IMG/VR virus record: IMGVR_UViG_3300029747_000004
Direction: 5' to 3' (one strand)
Source of the DNA: a virus
Lineage: Duplodnaviria > Heunggongvirae > Uroviricota > Caudoviricetes
DNA length: 64,000 nucleotides
Shown here: in pieces, positions 40,677 to 50,954 of the stretch
Numbering within the stretch: position 1 is the first letter of the stretch
How the letters are laid out: each line of letters starts with the position of its first letter
The notes under the pieces: generated by a model
What the model was told of the DNA's origin: nothing
The model's input: the letters and a program-made list of their open reading frames with translations, nothing else
Database searches by the model: none
Made by a program: the position numbers and the translations under genes

Positions 40677-40714
40677 GGCTTGACAAGTCTCTTTTTTTAT
40701 GTTATAATGCTTAA
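40677..40714 (+). terminator. weak rho-independent terminator (AAAGAG-loop-CTCTTT TTTTATG), loop contains a TTGACA -35
   Basis: Direct reading. Confidence 0.4.
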
Positions 40715-40727
40715 CGAAGAGGAAGGC
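40698..40727 (+). promoter_or_regulatory. sigma70-type promoter TTGACA-17-TATAAT
   Basis: cTTGACAagtctctttttttatgtTATAATg. Confidence 0.5.
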
Positions 40728-40779
40728 AATACAAAATGAATGGTATTGAGACAAAAAGAGAGGAGGCCAAAAATGAGTA

Positions 40780-40992
40780 ATGAGTATAGATTTAAAAAAG
40801 AAAAAATGCTGCCACATTCAATGTCAAACATGTGGAATTATATATACGGTCCAACGTAATATTCCGTTTGAGGAGATGTATGTAAAGGCAAATTGCCCTA
40901 ACTGCGGGATCGTAACAGGGTTGAATTTGAGTGACAATGAAAATGATGTGTACGTTTTCATGAATGAAAATGTTGATCCGAGGTATTATTAA
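40780..40992 (+). CDS. hypothetical zinc-ribbon protein
   Basis: CCHIQCQTCG...CPNCG. Confidence 0.35.
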   Translation: MSIDLKKKKCCHIQCQTCGIIYTVQRNIPFEEMYVKANCPNCGIVTGLNLSDNENDVYVFMNENVDPRYY

Positions 40993-41021
40993 CAGTACGA
41001 AATGAATGAGGGAAGACAAAC

Positions 41022-41831
41022 ATGAATGAGATTCAAGTTTTTGAAAGTGAAAAATTTGGACAGATAAGATCTGTAATTATTGATGAAGAACCATGGTTCG
41101 TGCTTAAGGATGTGTGTAATGCATTCGGTGAAACGAATTATAGGCGCGTTTCTTCTAGATTGGCTGACGACGAAAAGGGTGTGTCGCAAATTAACACCCC
41201 TGGTGGGATGCAAAATATGACTGTGATTAACGAATCTGGAATATACACAGCATTGTTTGTTATGCAACCAGAAAAAGCACGTGGTGTAGACGATGAATAT
41301 ATTGAAAAGAGACAAAATGAACTTAAGACATTTAAGCGATGGGTAACTCATGATGTTCTCCCTTCAATTCGTAAACATGGCATGTACGCTGTAGATGAAG
41401 TCCTTGCAAACCCAGATATGTTAATCAATGCACTTCAAGCGCTTAAGAAAGAGCGTGAGGAAAAAGCACTCCTTAAGCAAAAGAATGAAGCACAAGCTCT
41501 TTTGATTACGGAAATGCAGCCGAAGGTAAGTTATTACGATAAGATTCTTCAAAGCAAATCAACTGTGTCAGTTACTCAGATTGCTAAGGATTATGGAATG
41601 AGCGCGGTGAAGTTCAATTCAATTCTACATGGTCTTAAAGTGCAATATAAACAAGGCGATATGTGGATGCTATATCAGAAATACGCCAATAAAGGATATA
41701 CAAAATCAAGAACATACACTGTAAGTGACGACGTTAGTAGAATGGGCACATATTGGACACAGAATGGTAGAAAGTTTTTGTATGATATATTGAAGAAAAA
41801 TGGAATCCTGCCTGAATGTGAACGAAACTAA
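41022..41831 (+). CDS. phage antirepressor (Bro-N domain plus KilA-C/ANT domain)
   Basis: N-terminal IQVFESEKFGQIRSVIIDEEPWFVLKDVCNAFGETN (Bro-N); C-terminal SYYDKILQSKSTVSVTQIAKDYGMSAVKFNSIL (ANT/KilAC). Confidence 0.8.
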   Translation: MNEIQVFESEKFGQIRSVIIDEEPWFVLKDVCNAFGETNYRRVSSRLADDEKGVSQINTPGGMQNMTVINESGIYTALFVMQPEKARGVDDEYIEKRQNELKTFKRWVTHDVLPSIRKHGMYAVDEVLANPDMLINALQALKKEREEKALLKQKNEAQALLITEMQPKVSYYDKILQSKSTVSVTQIAKDYGMSAVKFNSILHGLKVQYKQGDMWMLYQKYANKGYTKSRTYTVSDDVSRMGTYWTQNGRKFLYDILKKNGILPECERN

Positions 41832-41875
41832 TAATGACAACACAAAATGAATGACATGAAAAGGAGATAAAAATT

Positions 41876-42262
41876 ATGGTGTATGATGGAACTAACAACT
41901 CGGAGCTGATTGTATTTCATACGGTGGAAGATTCGGATTATAAGCACTTCATTGAACTGTATAAGGACATGAATTCACAGGTGCTTTCGGTTGGTTGCTG
42001 TTGTGATCGCTATTGGGGTTATAAGTTTTTCATGACTAGTAATTCGGACTATGAAAGAATTAAATTCAACATCATGGAGGCCGTTTTCGAATGTGAAGAT
42101 GTTGATGAACTGTTGAACGCTTTGGATGAAATTTTTTGTGATGGTTTTAGTGATATCATGCTTGAAAATGAGTGTGGAGGCCATTGTGACTGTTGCGATG
42201 AGAATGATAATAATGAAAAGAATGTATATTTTTTAAACGAAAATAATAAGTATTTGAATTGA
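41876..42262 (+). CDS. hypothetical Cys-rich acidic protein
   Basis: RBS AAAAGGAGATAAAAATTATG. Confidence 0.4.
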   Translation: MVYDGTNNSELIVFHTVEDSDYKHFIELYKDMNSQVLSVGCCCDRYWGYKFFMTSNSDYERIKFNIMEAVFECEDVDELLNALDEIFCDGFSDIMLENECGGHCDCCDENDNNEKNVYFLNENNKYLN

Positions 42263-42282
42263 CGAAAAGGAGAGACGTAATT

Positions 42283-43356
42283 ATGGCAGAGAGACTACAC
42301 GAACTTAAGCAGACTACAAGTACTGTACAGCTTCGCGGCGTAATCACTGGTACTAAGAGTAATAGATTTTATAAAAACGGCACCGGCAAGAATGGTGGCG
42401 CATGGAATGCAATTGAAATGGGTGTGAAAATTGCGGAAAACGAAACAGTATACGTAAAGCTGAACGGGTTCCCTCGTCCTGAAGTATTTTACTATAAGAA
42501 GGGCGAAGGTAAGGCCAAGGGAGACACTCAAAAGGTGGCGTGGAAGAACAGACACAAGTCTCCGGGAGAGGGATATCGTCTAATTGGTGTTAATATTAGC
42601 ACTGGCAAGGATGAAAACGGAAAGAATATCAATAAGAGTTTTACAGAGTATGATGCTGTTGAGTGGATACACGAAAACATTCACGACGGAGATAGTGTTC
42701 TAATTAGAGGCAGTCTTGAGTTTTCTTCTTATACTGATAAGAACGGACAGACTCGTAGAAAGGTAGATATTGTTCCGAATCAGATTTCTTATACAAATGA
42801 GCCGATTGATCTTGACGATCCAAATTGCAATACGATGGCAGAATTTGAAAATGTGATTGTTTTCTCGTCTATTGACAAAGAAGAAGATGAGAACGGGAAG
42901 GCAACTGGAAGATTTGTCCTAAGTGGATATTCTATTGGGTACAACACCGTTGAGCCTGTGTCTTTTATCATTGATGCAGAACACGCAAAGGTTGCGAATG
43001 CAATTAAGAAGAAGATGCGTCCGGGCAATGCAATTAAGACATATGGCAGAGTAGTTATCAAAAATAATATCGAGACGGTTGTAGAGGAAGATTCTTGGGG
43101 CTCTACTGAAACTTCTCCGTTTGAAAGAGTTGTTGGGCCCACAATTAGAGAGTATGTTGTGTATAAGGTAGACGGAAGCACCTTTGATACGGAGACATAT
43201 TCTGAGGAATCTATTGCGCAGGCACTGCGTAAGATTAAGGCTGCAAAGACTGCCAAGGAAAACTTTGGTGAGAAGCCGAGTGTGGCGGTTAGTGATGATA
43301 CTGATGACTGGGGCAGCGATGACGACGATAGTCTAGATGACGAAGCTCCATGGTAA
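42283..43356 (+). CDS. SSB-like protein (OB-fold segments, acidic C-terminal tail)
   Basis: DSVLIRGSLEFSSYTDKNGQTRRKVDIVPNQISY resembles SSB L45/beta-strand pattern; C-terminus DDWGSDDDDSLDDEAPW. Confidence 0.45.
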   Translation: MAERLHELKQTTSTVQLRGVITGTKSNRFYKNGTGKNGGAWNAIEMGVKIAENETVYVKLNGFPRPEVFYYKKGEGKAKGDTQKVAWKNRHKSPGEGYRLIGVNISTGKDENGKNINKSFTEYDAVEWIHENIHDGDSVLIRGSLEFSSYTDKNGQTRRKVDIVPNQISYTNEPIDLDDPNCNTMAEFENVIVFSSIDKEEDENGKATGRFVLSGYSIGYNTVEPVSFIIDAEHAKVANAIKKKMRPGNAIKTYGRVVIKNNIETVVEEDSWGSTETSPFERVVGPTIREYVVYKVDGSTFDTETYSEESIAQALRKIKAAKTAKENFGEKPSVAVSDDTDDWGSDDDDSLDDEAPW

Positions 43357-43418
43357 GGTAAATAAGGAGTGGGCGTAAGCTCACTCCTGATAATACAAAA
43401 TGAATGAGATGATGATTA

Positions 43419-44564
43419 ATGTTAGAAATAACAGATGATGTCATCATTGAGGAGCAAGAAGAAAAACAAGTAGATGATGAAAAATATGTAGAGATAAGAG
43501 AACCATATGGGTTTATTTACATAACTACTAATATTGTAAATGGTAAACGATATTTGGGGCAAAAAACATTTGATAGAAAATGGAAAGATTACATCGGTAG
43601 TGGCATTGCATTTAAGGCGGCAGTTAAAAAATACGGAAAAGAAAATTTTATAAGAAATATTGTTTTTATATGTTATTCTGTGGAAGAATTAAATCAGATA
43701 GAGTTTGAACTTAGTGTATTTTTAAACGTTGTTGAGTCTGATAATTGGTATAATATGGTTTATGGTGGTGGGACTACATCGGGGATAACTGTCTCTGAAA
43801 AGACACGAAAGAAGTTGAGTGAGGCACGTAGAAACAATACTATACTACATCCAGAATATGATGCTTACCACAGTCAAAAAATGATTGAATTTCATAAAAA
43901 ACACCCTGAAGCGAAAGAAAATAGTAGTGACAGGCTTAAACAGCTATGGCAAAATTCAGATTTTATTATAAAAATGGAGCAACACCGCGAAGGGTATTGG
44001 AGTGACGAGAACAATCATACAAAACGTAGAGAAATATTAAAAGAAATATGGAAGGATCCAGATGTTAAGGAGATTAGACTTCGTGGATTAAGAGAGTGGA
44101 ATGCACAGTCAAATAACCACGATATTAGAAGTGAATTGTCAAAACGCAACTGGGATAAGCCAGGTTATAGAGAAGCACAAATTTTAAGAAATACTGGAAG
44201 CGGAAATCCAATGTATGGTGTTCGTAGATATGGGATTGATAGCACAAATTTTATACCAGTATATTGTATAGAAATGCACAGGATATTCTGGGGAGCAACT
44301 CAAGCAGAGAATGAACTACATATTAAAGGTTCTGATATAGCGCAATGCTGCAAGGGAAGGCGTGGGCATAAGTCTGCTGGGAAGTATCCAGTTACAGGTG
44401 AGAAACTACAATGGAAGTATGTTTATGATCAAGCTAGTAATGATGGAACTATCATCAAAGGTGCAATAACACTTGGCTATATAACAGAAGAAGAAGTTAA
44501 TAATTATTTGGATAGTTTAAGACAGAAAGGAAATGATATAAATGGCACTATGGAAGAAGAATGA
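43419..44564 (+). CDS. GIY-YIG homing endonuclease (I-TevI-like, NUMOD-type repeats)
   Basis: YGFIYITTNIVNGKRYLGQ ... YIGSG; GITVSEKTRKKLSEARRNN-like repeats. Confidence 0.75.
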   Translation: MLEITDDVIIEEQEEKQVDDEKYVEIREPYGFIYITTNIVNGKRYLGQKTFDRKWKDYIGSGIAFKAAVKKYGKENFIRNIVFICYSVEELNQIEFELSVFLNVVESDNWYNMVYGGGTTSGITVSEKTRKKLSEARRNNTILHPEYDAYHSQKMIEFHKKHPEAKENSSDRLKQLWQNSDFIIKMEQHREGYWSDENNHTKRREILKEIWKDPDVKEIRLRGLREWNAQSNNHDIRSELSKRNWDKPGYREAQILRNTGSGNPMYGVRRYGIDSTNFIPVYCIEMHRIFWGATQAENELHIKGSDIAQCCKGRRGHKSAGKYPVTGEKLQWKYVYDQASNDGTIIKGAITLGYITEEEVNNYLDSLRQKGNDINGTMEEE

Positions 44565-45621
44565 AGTGTCCGTTGATTTAGCACATTATCGTCATTATTG
44601 GAGGGCGCCAAAGAAGTGGGGAAAGACAACCCTATTTGCAAATCTAGCTCTTGAACTTTATGGAGATATGGGAAAATCTCTACTAATTAGCTGCGGAAAT
44701 GAACGAGGATATTCCGCTCTAGATGGGTTGGTATACGTAGATTGCCCCGAATGGTCAGCCTTAACGGAAGTTATTGATGAACTGGTCGAGAATAAAGAAG
44801 ATAACGAGTTTAAACTAATTGGTTTTGATACCGTTGATGAGCTTGTGGCCATGGCACAGCGAGAGGTTATTAGGCTCGAATATCGTAAGAGTGGCGAACG
44901 TAAGGAATTTAATGCGTGCCTTGGTGGATATGGGGCTGGACGTAAGAAAGTAGAAGATCTAATCAACGCAATTATTACAAGACTTGGAGATAGCGGATAT
45001 GGTTTGATTTTCATCGGTCATACAAAAATCCGTGATATTAAAGAAAAGAACGGCGATGAATACCAGATGCTTACTTCTAACTTGTCTAGCGATTATGATG
45101 GTATTTTTGCTAACAAGGCAGATATTTGTATGATGGGTACAATCGAAAAGAATATTGATGGTGGTTTTGTACAGGACGCAGAAAGGTTTATGGTTTTTCG
45201 CGGAGACGGTTACATTGACGCAGGTGGTAGATTTGCGGATATCGATTCTAAGGTAGAAGTCTCTGCAAAGAATTATATTAAGACTGTAACTGATGCAATT
45301 AGAAGGTCGATTAAATCTCATGAGGTAACTGACGAATATATCGAAAAGAAGATGAAGCAGGAACAGCAGGAGCGTGAAGAATATTACCAGGCGAATAAGG
45401 AAAAACTTATGCGGGACGAACCTGATATTGGAAACGTAGAAGATGAAATTGAAAAATGTAAGGAACTTCAGGCACAAATTAAGTCTGCTATTAACGACCT
45501 AGATGCTGGTACAAAGAAGGAAATGCAGACCAAGCTCAAGGATTCCGGCCTACCAACAGCCTTCAACAAGGTAGCCGACGTAGACATCCTTAAGCAAATC
45601 CTTGACATTGTGTCGGCTTAA
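44542..45621 (+). CDS. Sak4-like (AAA_24) RecA-family ATPase, putative recombination protein
   Basis: Walker A APKKWGKTTL, Walker B LIGFDTVDEL; sits next to SSB-like gene. Confidence 0.45.
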   Translation: MALWKKNEVSVDLAHYRHYWRAPKKWGKTTLFANLALELYGDMGKSLLISCGNERGYSALDGLVYVDCPEWSALTEVIDELVENKEDNEFKLIGFDTVDELVAMAQREVIRLEYRKSGERKEFNACLGGYGAGRKKVEDLINAIITRLGDSGYGLIFIGHTKIRDIKEKNGDEYQMLTSNLSSDYDGIFANKADICMMGTIEKNIDGGFVQDAERFMVFRGDGYIDAGGRFADIDSKVEVSAKNYIKTVTDAIRRSIKSHEVTDEYIEKKMKQEQQEREEYYQANKEKLMRDEPDIGNVEDEIEKCKELQAQIKSAINDLDAGTKKEMQTKLKDSGLPTAFNKVADVDILKQILDIVSA

Positions 45622-45631
45622 TAAAGTACAT

Positions 45632-45665
45632 AAGGGGGACCTACGAGTCTCCCTAAATTTTTTAT
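45632..45665 (+). terminator. rho-independent terminator GGGGGAC-ctacga-GTCTCCC TAAATTTTTTA
   Basis: Direct reading. Confidence 0.55.
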
Positions 45666-45675
45666 ATGCGCGTGC

Positions 45676-45704
45676 TTGACAATACGAAATGAATGGATTA
45701 TAAT
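45676..45704 (+). promoter_or_regulatory. sigma70-type promoter whose spacer is the conserved motif (TTGACA-ATACGAAATGAATGGAT-TATAAT)
   Basis: Direct reading. Confidence 0.55.
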
Positions 45705-45715
45705 GTTTCCAGAAT

Positions 45716-46393
45716 ATGGGGGTGGACAGCGTGGTAGACGTGAAATGTGCCGAGTGCGGGAAAACAATAAAAGTTGAAAGAAACAAGATTGAGAATGTAT
45801 TGCAATTTAAAGGGAAATATTATCATTCTGGGTGCTTTAAGGCGCTTGTATCAAAGCGAGTAGCTTCAGGTCGTGGCAAACCAGAAATGTGGAGTGCCGC
45901 ATTGGATAAAATGTCATCACTGGAAGCGGAAACGAAGTCTAAATTAGAGCATCGTTTTTATAGCGACGAATTGAATGAATGGCTGCTGAACCATTATGAT
46001 ATTAGCATCGTACCGGGAGCATTCTGGCAGGTCATTGCAAGTCTAGAAAGTGGAACTTACAAAGGAAAAAGGTGTAAGCCCATGAGTATTGGCACTTTGT
46101 TGGAATGCTGGAAATGGGGACAAAAGAAATTAGATGAAATTAAACAGTATAATAAGGTAAATCATAAAGGCCCAGATAATGACAATGCAAGATTGATGTA
46201 TGATTTAGCAATCTTGATTGGCAAGATGCCTAATTATTTGGCTTATAAGGCAAAGCAAGAGGCGGCAGAGATTGAAAGGCAAAGAGAAATGAAAGAGAAA
46301 GTTAAAATTGATTATAATGATGTGGCATGTCGCGCAGAAGTGAAAAAAGAAGGATTAGATGATATTTCTGATCTGCTAGATGAATTCTTTTAA
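45716..46393 (+). CDS. hypothetical protein with N-terminal zinc ribbon (possible helicase loader/accessory)
   Basis: CAECGK...HSGC; directly upstream of DnaB-like gene. Confidence 0.4.
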   Translation: MGVDSVVDVKCAECGKTIKVERNKIENVLQFKGKYYHSGCFKALVSKRVASGRGKPEMWSAALDKMSSLEAETKSKLEHRFYSDELNEWLLNHYDISIVPGAFWQVIASLESGTYKGKRCKPMSIGTLLECWKWGQKKLDEIKQYNKVNHKGPDNDNARLMYDLAILIGKMPNYLAYKAKQEAAEIERQREMKEKVKIDYNDVACRAEVKKEGLDDISDLLDEFF

Positions 46394-46397
46394 GTAG

Positions 46398-47966
46398 GTG
46401 GCAATAATGGGAAATGACAATAATATCGTTATTGAGAAGAGCAATGTGCAGGCAGAGCTCCTTTTTGTAGGCTCATTTTATAAAAAGACAGATCTATATT
46501 TAAGCTACGGCAAAAGCATTAAGTCTAAATATGATCTTTCTGATAATGCAACTCGGTTTTTCTACGACATGTTTGAGGAGTATTATCTTACATTTAGTCA
46601 AGATGTAAGTGAAAACAAGGTAAATAATTTCGCAACTCAAAACATGGAGCGCCTTAAACAGTACAGATCTTATGGAGGATGGAAAACAATTAAGTCTATG
46701 ATGGATCTATCAGATCCTCAAGATTTTAAAAACATATATAATACGGTAAAGAAATATTCTCTTGTGAGAGAGTATGAGCATAACGGTTTTCCAGTAGAAA
46801 AGATTTTATCTAACGAAAGATTTCAGTATATGACCCCAAACGACATCTATAGATTGATGCGGAGTAAGGCAGATAAAATTAACACAATAATTAACGTAAT
46901 TGACGAGCCAATAGTTATGACGCAGGAAGCAAAGAAAACTATCGATAGTTATTTGACTGCGCCACAATTTGGGTGCCAAGTCCATTGGAAAGGGTATAAT
47001 GATTATTTCCGTGGATTGCTAAGTACTAACGTATTGTTTCAGGGATTTTTAGCCAACGAGGGAAAATCTAGGAATATTGTTAATTTAATTTCATACACAG
47101 TGTTAGTTAAAAAGAAGAAATTTATGCTTCTTTCAAATGAGATGACTCATACATCCATTTTTAATTGTTTTATTGCAACTGTACTAAATTGCGCAGAATT
47201 TAAAAAATTACATGGCGTTGAACTTATGAAGCCAGAAAAAGAAATTACTATGGGACTATATAGAGATGATAAAACTCATGAGTTTATTGAAAGAGGCATT
47301 GACAATGATGGGAATTATACTGAATCTGAAGAGTCGTTTTTGAACAGAGTAAAAGCTACAAAAGAGTATAAAGATGTTGCTTACGTTGCCAAATGGCTAG
47401 AAGAACAAATCGATGGTAAGTTTTATTTCACCGACATTACAAGTGATTATAGTGAAGAAGCAATTGAGCTAGAAATGAGACGAGCCAAATTAATTTATAA
47501 TTGTGAATATGTTGCATTGGACACTCTCAAAGCATATGGAGAAGAACATTGGGAGCAAGTTAAAAAGCTTGCAACACGTGTAGTTGAGGTCACAAAGGAA
47601 CTTAAAATTTTCACGGTTTGCTCATTTCAGTTGACGGATGATTCGTTGTTCTGTGATATATTTGATCTATCTAGTAATAACATTTCTGCAGCAAAGGGTA
47701 TTAAACATCCTGCAGATCTTCTTGTGCTTGGCAAAAAGATTGCGCCAGAAGAATATCATAAATATCAATATGATTCTTATGACGACGATTTAGAAGATAC
47801 TTGGGGAGAACCTGAGCCAAAGGATTTAAATGCCAACAAGAAATATTTTGGAATAAAAATCGATAAAAATAGGTTAGGTGAACGAGGACACGTTTTGTTG
47901 TTTGAATATGATTTGAATTATAATATTTGGAATAATATCGGGATTTTAAAGAAGAAGCAATCATAA
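46398..47966 (+). CDS. DnaB-like replicative helicase
   Basis: Walker A-like GFLANEGKSRNIVNL; DnaB-like motif layout through C-terminal ADLLVLGK. Confidence 0.55.
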   Translation: MAIMGNDNNIVIEKSNVQAELLFVGSFYKKTDLYLSYGKSIKSKYDLSDNATRFFYDMFEEYYLTFSQDVSENKVNNFATQNMERLKQYRSYGGWKTIKSMMDLSDPQDFKNIYNTVKKYSLVREYEHNGFPVEKILSNERFQYMTPNDIYRLMRSKADKINTIINVIDEPIVMTQEAKKTIDSYLTAPQFGCQVHWKGYNDYFRGLLSTNVLFQGFLANEGKSRNIVNLISYTVLVKKKKFMLLSNEMTHTSIFNCFIATVLNCAEFKKLHGVELMKPEKEITMGLYRDDKTHEFIERGIDNDGNYTESEESFLNRVKATKEYKDVAYVAKWLEEQIDGKFYFTDITSDYSEEAIELEMRRAKLIYNCEYVALDTLKAYGEEHWEQVKKLATRVVEVTKELKIFTVCSFQLTDDSLFCDIFDLSSNNISAAKGIKHPADLLVLGKKIAPEEYHKYQYDSYDDDLEDTWGEPEPKDLNANKKYFGIKIDKNRLGERGHVLLFEYDLNYNIWNNIGILKKKQS

Positions 47967-48060
47967 AATTTTGAATTGACAACTTTTCAAAAAAGTTGAG
48001 ATCACGGACTAGTTAGACAATACAAAATGAATGATAATAAAAATAATGGAGATATGAGAC

Positions 48061-48261
48061 ATGCTAGAAAGAAAACATGGAAAGTATTATACATGCAAAA
48101 GACTTAAACTGCTGCAATATTTACTTGAGCATGGATATGAACCAATTAAAATAATTCCAGATGTAAATGACTGGCGATATAAGAACTGGGTATTTGAAAA
48201 CACCGGCGCGGATTTCGAACAGTGCGTAAATCACTATTTTGAAAATCTAAAGGCAAATTAA
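48061..48261 (+). CDS. hypothetical protein
   Basis: ORF. Confidence 0.35.
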   Translation: MLERKHGKYYTCKRLKLLQYLLEHGYEPIKIIPDVNDWRYKNWVFENTGADFEQCVNHYFENLKAN

Positions 48262-48307
48262 ATAACAGAAATAATAATGATAATAATAATAAGGAGTTTT
48301 AATATGC

Positions 48308-48622
48308 ATGATTATATACCCAAACCAAAGAGTTGTTACTGTATTTAAACCAGATTGTTCTAAAGATTTTTTACAGATCAACAATCAGGAGTGGCAAGCT
48401 GCCGCTAGTACATTAAAAACTTATAGCGCATTTAAATTATACTTGTACTTTGCCAGCAATATGAACGGTTATTCTATTGCCCTTAGCCCTATAGCAATCG
48501 AAGAAGCAATTGGTATAAGTGAGAACACGTATCGCGCAGCATTTAAAGAATTATTAGAATATGGTTATCTACATAAAGTCGAAGGGAAAAAGAACCAATA
48601 TTTTTTCTACACCGCAATATAA
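48308..48622 (+). CDS. HTH protein, phage replisome-organiser N-terminal-like (paralogue of 19758..20105)
   Basis: LYLYFASNMNGYSIALSPIAIEEAIGISENTYRAAFKELLEYGYL. Confidence 0.45.
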   Translation: MIIYPNQRVVTVFKPDCSKDFLQINNQEWQAAASTLKTYSAFKLYLYFASNMNGYSIALSPIAIEEAIGISENTYRAAFKELLEYGYLHKVEGKKNQYFFYTAI

Positions 48623-48760
48623 AACTATGTACCAACATATTGCGGTTTTAACCACCAATGTGTTGAGGTTTTACCCACCAATAGACTGCGGTTTTAAACC
48701 ACCAATGTATTGCGGTTTTAAAACCACAGTATACTGGTACAGAAATAGATAATAACATAT
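48622..48760. repeat. iteron array, candidate replication origin (ACCACCAATGTNTTGNGGTTTTAA x3 plus AT-rich tail)
   Basis: accaccaatgtgttgaggtttta / cccaccaatagactgcggttttaa / accaccaatgtattgcggttttaaaaccac, read directly. Confidence 0.55.
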
Positions 48761-48887
48761 AAAAACATATAAATACAAATAAATAACATAAGCCAAAAAT
48801 TAAAAATTTTTGTCCTGTTAGATTACAACACAAAAATGAATAGAGGACAACATAACAATATATGAAAAAAAATAACAATTCACCCCC

Positions 48888-48916
48888 TTGACAACACAAA
48901 ATGAATATGCTATACT
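48888..48916 (+). promoter_or_regulatory. sigma70-type promoter with motif as spacer (TTGACA-ACACAAAATGAATATGC-TATACT)
   Basis: Direct reading. Confidence 0.5.
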
Positions 48917-48947
48917 ATTTCCAGAAATTGACAATGGAGGGAACGAC

Positions 48948-49160
48948 ATGAAAAATCATATCAAACAAGAAGGTATGTGGTGGAAATGGATTGAATCTTG
49001 TGATAGATGCGGAAGTATGATCCGAGAGTATAATGTGCGATCAACAAATAAGCCAAATACAGAGGAAGCAGACTTTTGTGTAAATTGCCTTAAATATTTT
49101 CTTGACAACAATATTCCATATGAAGAAGTAAAGGAACAATATAAAAAGGAGGATATTTAA
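48948..49160 (+). CDS. hypothetical zinc-ribbon protein
   Basis: RBS AATGGAGGGAACGACATG. Confidence 0.35.
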   Translation: MKNHIKQEGMWWKWIESCDRCGSMIREYNVRSTNKPNTEEADFCVNCLKYFLDNNIPYEEVKEQYKKEDI

Positions 49161-49907
49161 ATGAGTTTACTTAACAACTTACGAAAGCGCCTAGTGCGCA
49201 AGTTGCTACGACCAGAAGATGGCTATACTTACACAGGATTTAGAGAAGGAAAACCAATTAAATTCTATTACCAAGAAAGCACTGGTAAGTATTTGATGGG
49301 TATGCGCAATGATACAATGTATTACTTTGAGCCTACGCTTACTGGATGGAGTGCCGCATCATCTAAGTATCTTCCATGGGGAATGACTTATAATGGGCAT
49401 ACATATCCAACGGAACCAAAGAAAATTGATTTTCAGCGTTGGGTTCATGGCATTTTAGATAATATTTATGAGCAGTATAAGGAACGTCTAGATAGAATTT
49501 CAACAAAGGAACTAAAGAAACTGCAAGATTATAAGTTAGAGGAAAGTGGTGAGAAGCTCGTGATTACTAGGAAGTCTTTCTGCAATATTATGGATGCACT
49601 TGATAGTTATTGGATGCATATGAATGCACTAGAAGACGTGCTGAATGTTTGTTTTGAAAAGGGAATGATGGCTGATATTCTTAATAATATTGTTGACGCG
49701 CTTGAAGAAGAGCTTGAGCCGCAGTTCTTCGATCCAGAAATGAATTTTGATATTGATGAAGAGCCGCTCATTATGCGATGGTTGACTGAATTTGATGCTG
49801 GACGTAGTGAAAAAGCACAGGAAGGTGTAGATGGGCATCCACTAAGGAGTGCCGATGAGCTCTATGATTATCTGGTAGCAAAGAGAGACGAAGAGGATGT
49901 AGAGTAA
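49161..49907 (+). CDS. hypothetical protein
   Basis: ORF with RBS AAAAGGAGGATATTTAAATG. Confidence 0.4.
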   Translation: MSLLNNLRKRLVRKLLRPEDGYTYTGFREGKPIKFYYQESTGKYLMGMRNDTMYYFEPTLTGWSAASSKYLPWGMTYNGHTYPTEPKKIDFQRWVHGILDNIYEQYKERLDRISTKELKKLQDYKLEESGEKLVITRKSFCNIMDALDSYWMHMNALEDVLNVCFEKGMMADILNNIVDALEEELEPQFFDPEMNFDIDEEPLIMRWLTEFDAGRSEKAQEGVDGHPLRSADELYDYLVAKRDEEDVE

Positions 49908-50077
49908 GCAGTGAATTATTGTAAATGCTGTGAGAGTTGTGGGCGAAGCGAATGGAAGAGTAAAGATCTTTTCTGTTATCAATGGAACAAAAATGTTTTA
50001 ACTACTGGATATTGTGAGTGTTTTTGTGAGGATTCGGTATATCATTATGAAGAGTTTCGTGATATGGAGTAATTGAT

Positions 50078-50287
50078 ATGTATGTTGTAAAATATAGTTG
50101 CATATATGGTGATCTAGGTATGTTTATTTGTAATAATATTGAAGACTGCTTAAAATATTTTAAAACTAATTTTGGACAGGTTACTGATTTTTATTACGAT
50201 AGGGACTATGGAGATTCGTGGATTGGCGCTTTTAAGAGTGATGGCATTAGATGTACTTGGATGGCGACAAAATGCGAGGTAATTTGA
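50078..50287 (+). CDS. hypothetical protein
   Basis: ORF. Confidence 0.35.
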   Translation: MYVVKYSCIYGDLGMFICNNIEDCLKYFKTNFGQVTDFYYDRDYGDSWIGAFKSDGIRCTWMATKCEVI

Positions 50288-50306
50288 CGAAAAAAACCTT
50301 GAGAAA

Positions 50307-50335
50307 CCTATTGACAAGATTGGAAGAATATGGTA
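50307..50335 (+). promoter_or_regulatory. sigma70-type promoter TTGACA-17-TATAAT flanked by CTTGAG/CTCAAG inverted repeat
   Basis: ttgacaagattggaagaatatggtataat. Confidence 0.5.
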
Positions 50336-50392
50336 TAATCAATACATCCTCAAGAGAGGCGATACAAAATGAATGAAAAAGGAGCAAGGAAA

Positions 50393-50771
50393 GATGGATT
50401 ACGAGCGGGTAGGTCACGTTATCGATAAGGGTAATAACGTAGTGGTTGCAGAAATTACTGGTTGTATTTTTGATGCAGAAGACATAATGAATGAGAGATT
50501 TATTCCGTCTGTTACTTCAGGTCTTCATGTGTCTAATGTTGGTAAGAATAAGTTTGATATGAATCGCAATTACAAGGCTGTTGCTAAACTGCATCCAGAT
50601 GATCAGTGGGACGAAAAGCGCGGTAAGAAGATCGCGAATGATAAGCTTACTGAGGTGTACCACCACAGCATGAATAAGCGACTTGCCAAGTACGCCAAAG
50701 ATTTTCGTAAGATTGCGGATAACATCGATAAGTATCTTGAAGATCGACACTTTAATGCAACGAAGAGTTAA
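50393..50771 (+). CDS. hypothetical protein
   Basis: RBS AAAGGAGCAAGGAAAGATGG. Confidence 0.4.
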
Positions 50772-50794
50772 CATTAGAAAGTATTGACAAATAA

Positions 50795-50823
50795 TGGAAA
50801 TCATGATATAATCAATATTGTAC
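50795..50823 (+). promoter_or_regulatory. sigma70-type promoter (TTGACA-17-TATAAT) feeding tRNA cluster 1; duplicated at 54600
   Basis: ttgacaaataatggaaatcatgatataat, near-identical to 54600-54628. Confidence 0.5.
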
Positions 50824-50954
50824 TGAGGGAGACAACACAAAATGAATGGGAAGGGATGATCCATATGAGGTATACAAGAGAAATTAGTAGTTCGATGGAT
50901 GAGCCACCCTGCTTAGATTGCCCTGCGCCATGGCGATAAACTGGCGCACAATAT

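Noticed and set aside
44959-45477. 172-aa minus-strand ORF inside the Sak4-like ATPase gene
   Set aside because: It is antisense to a gene with Walker motifs, and its sequence is low-complexity and hydrophobic.
48622-48760. Possible CRISPR array
   Set aside because: There are only three imperfect ~24-bp repeats, contiguous or with irregular short spacers, next to a Rep-like HTH gene. That is an iteron pattern, not repeat-spacer architecture.
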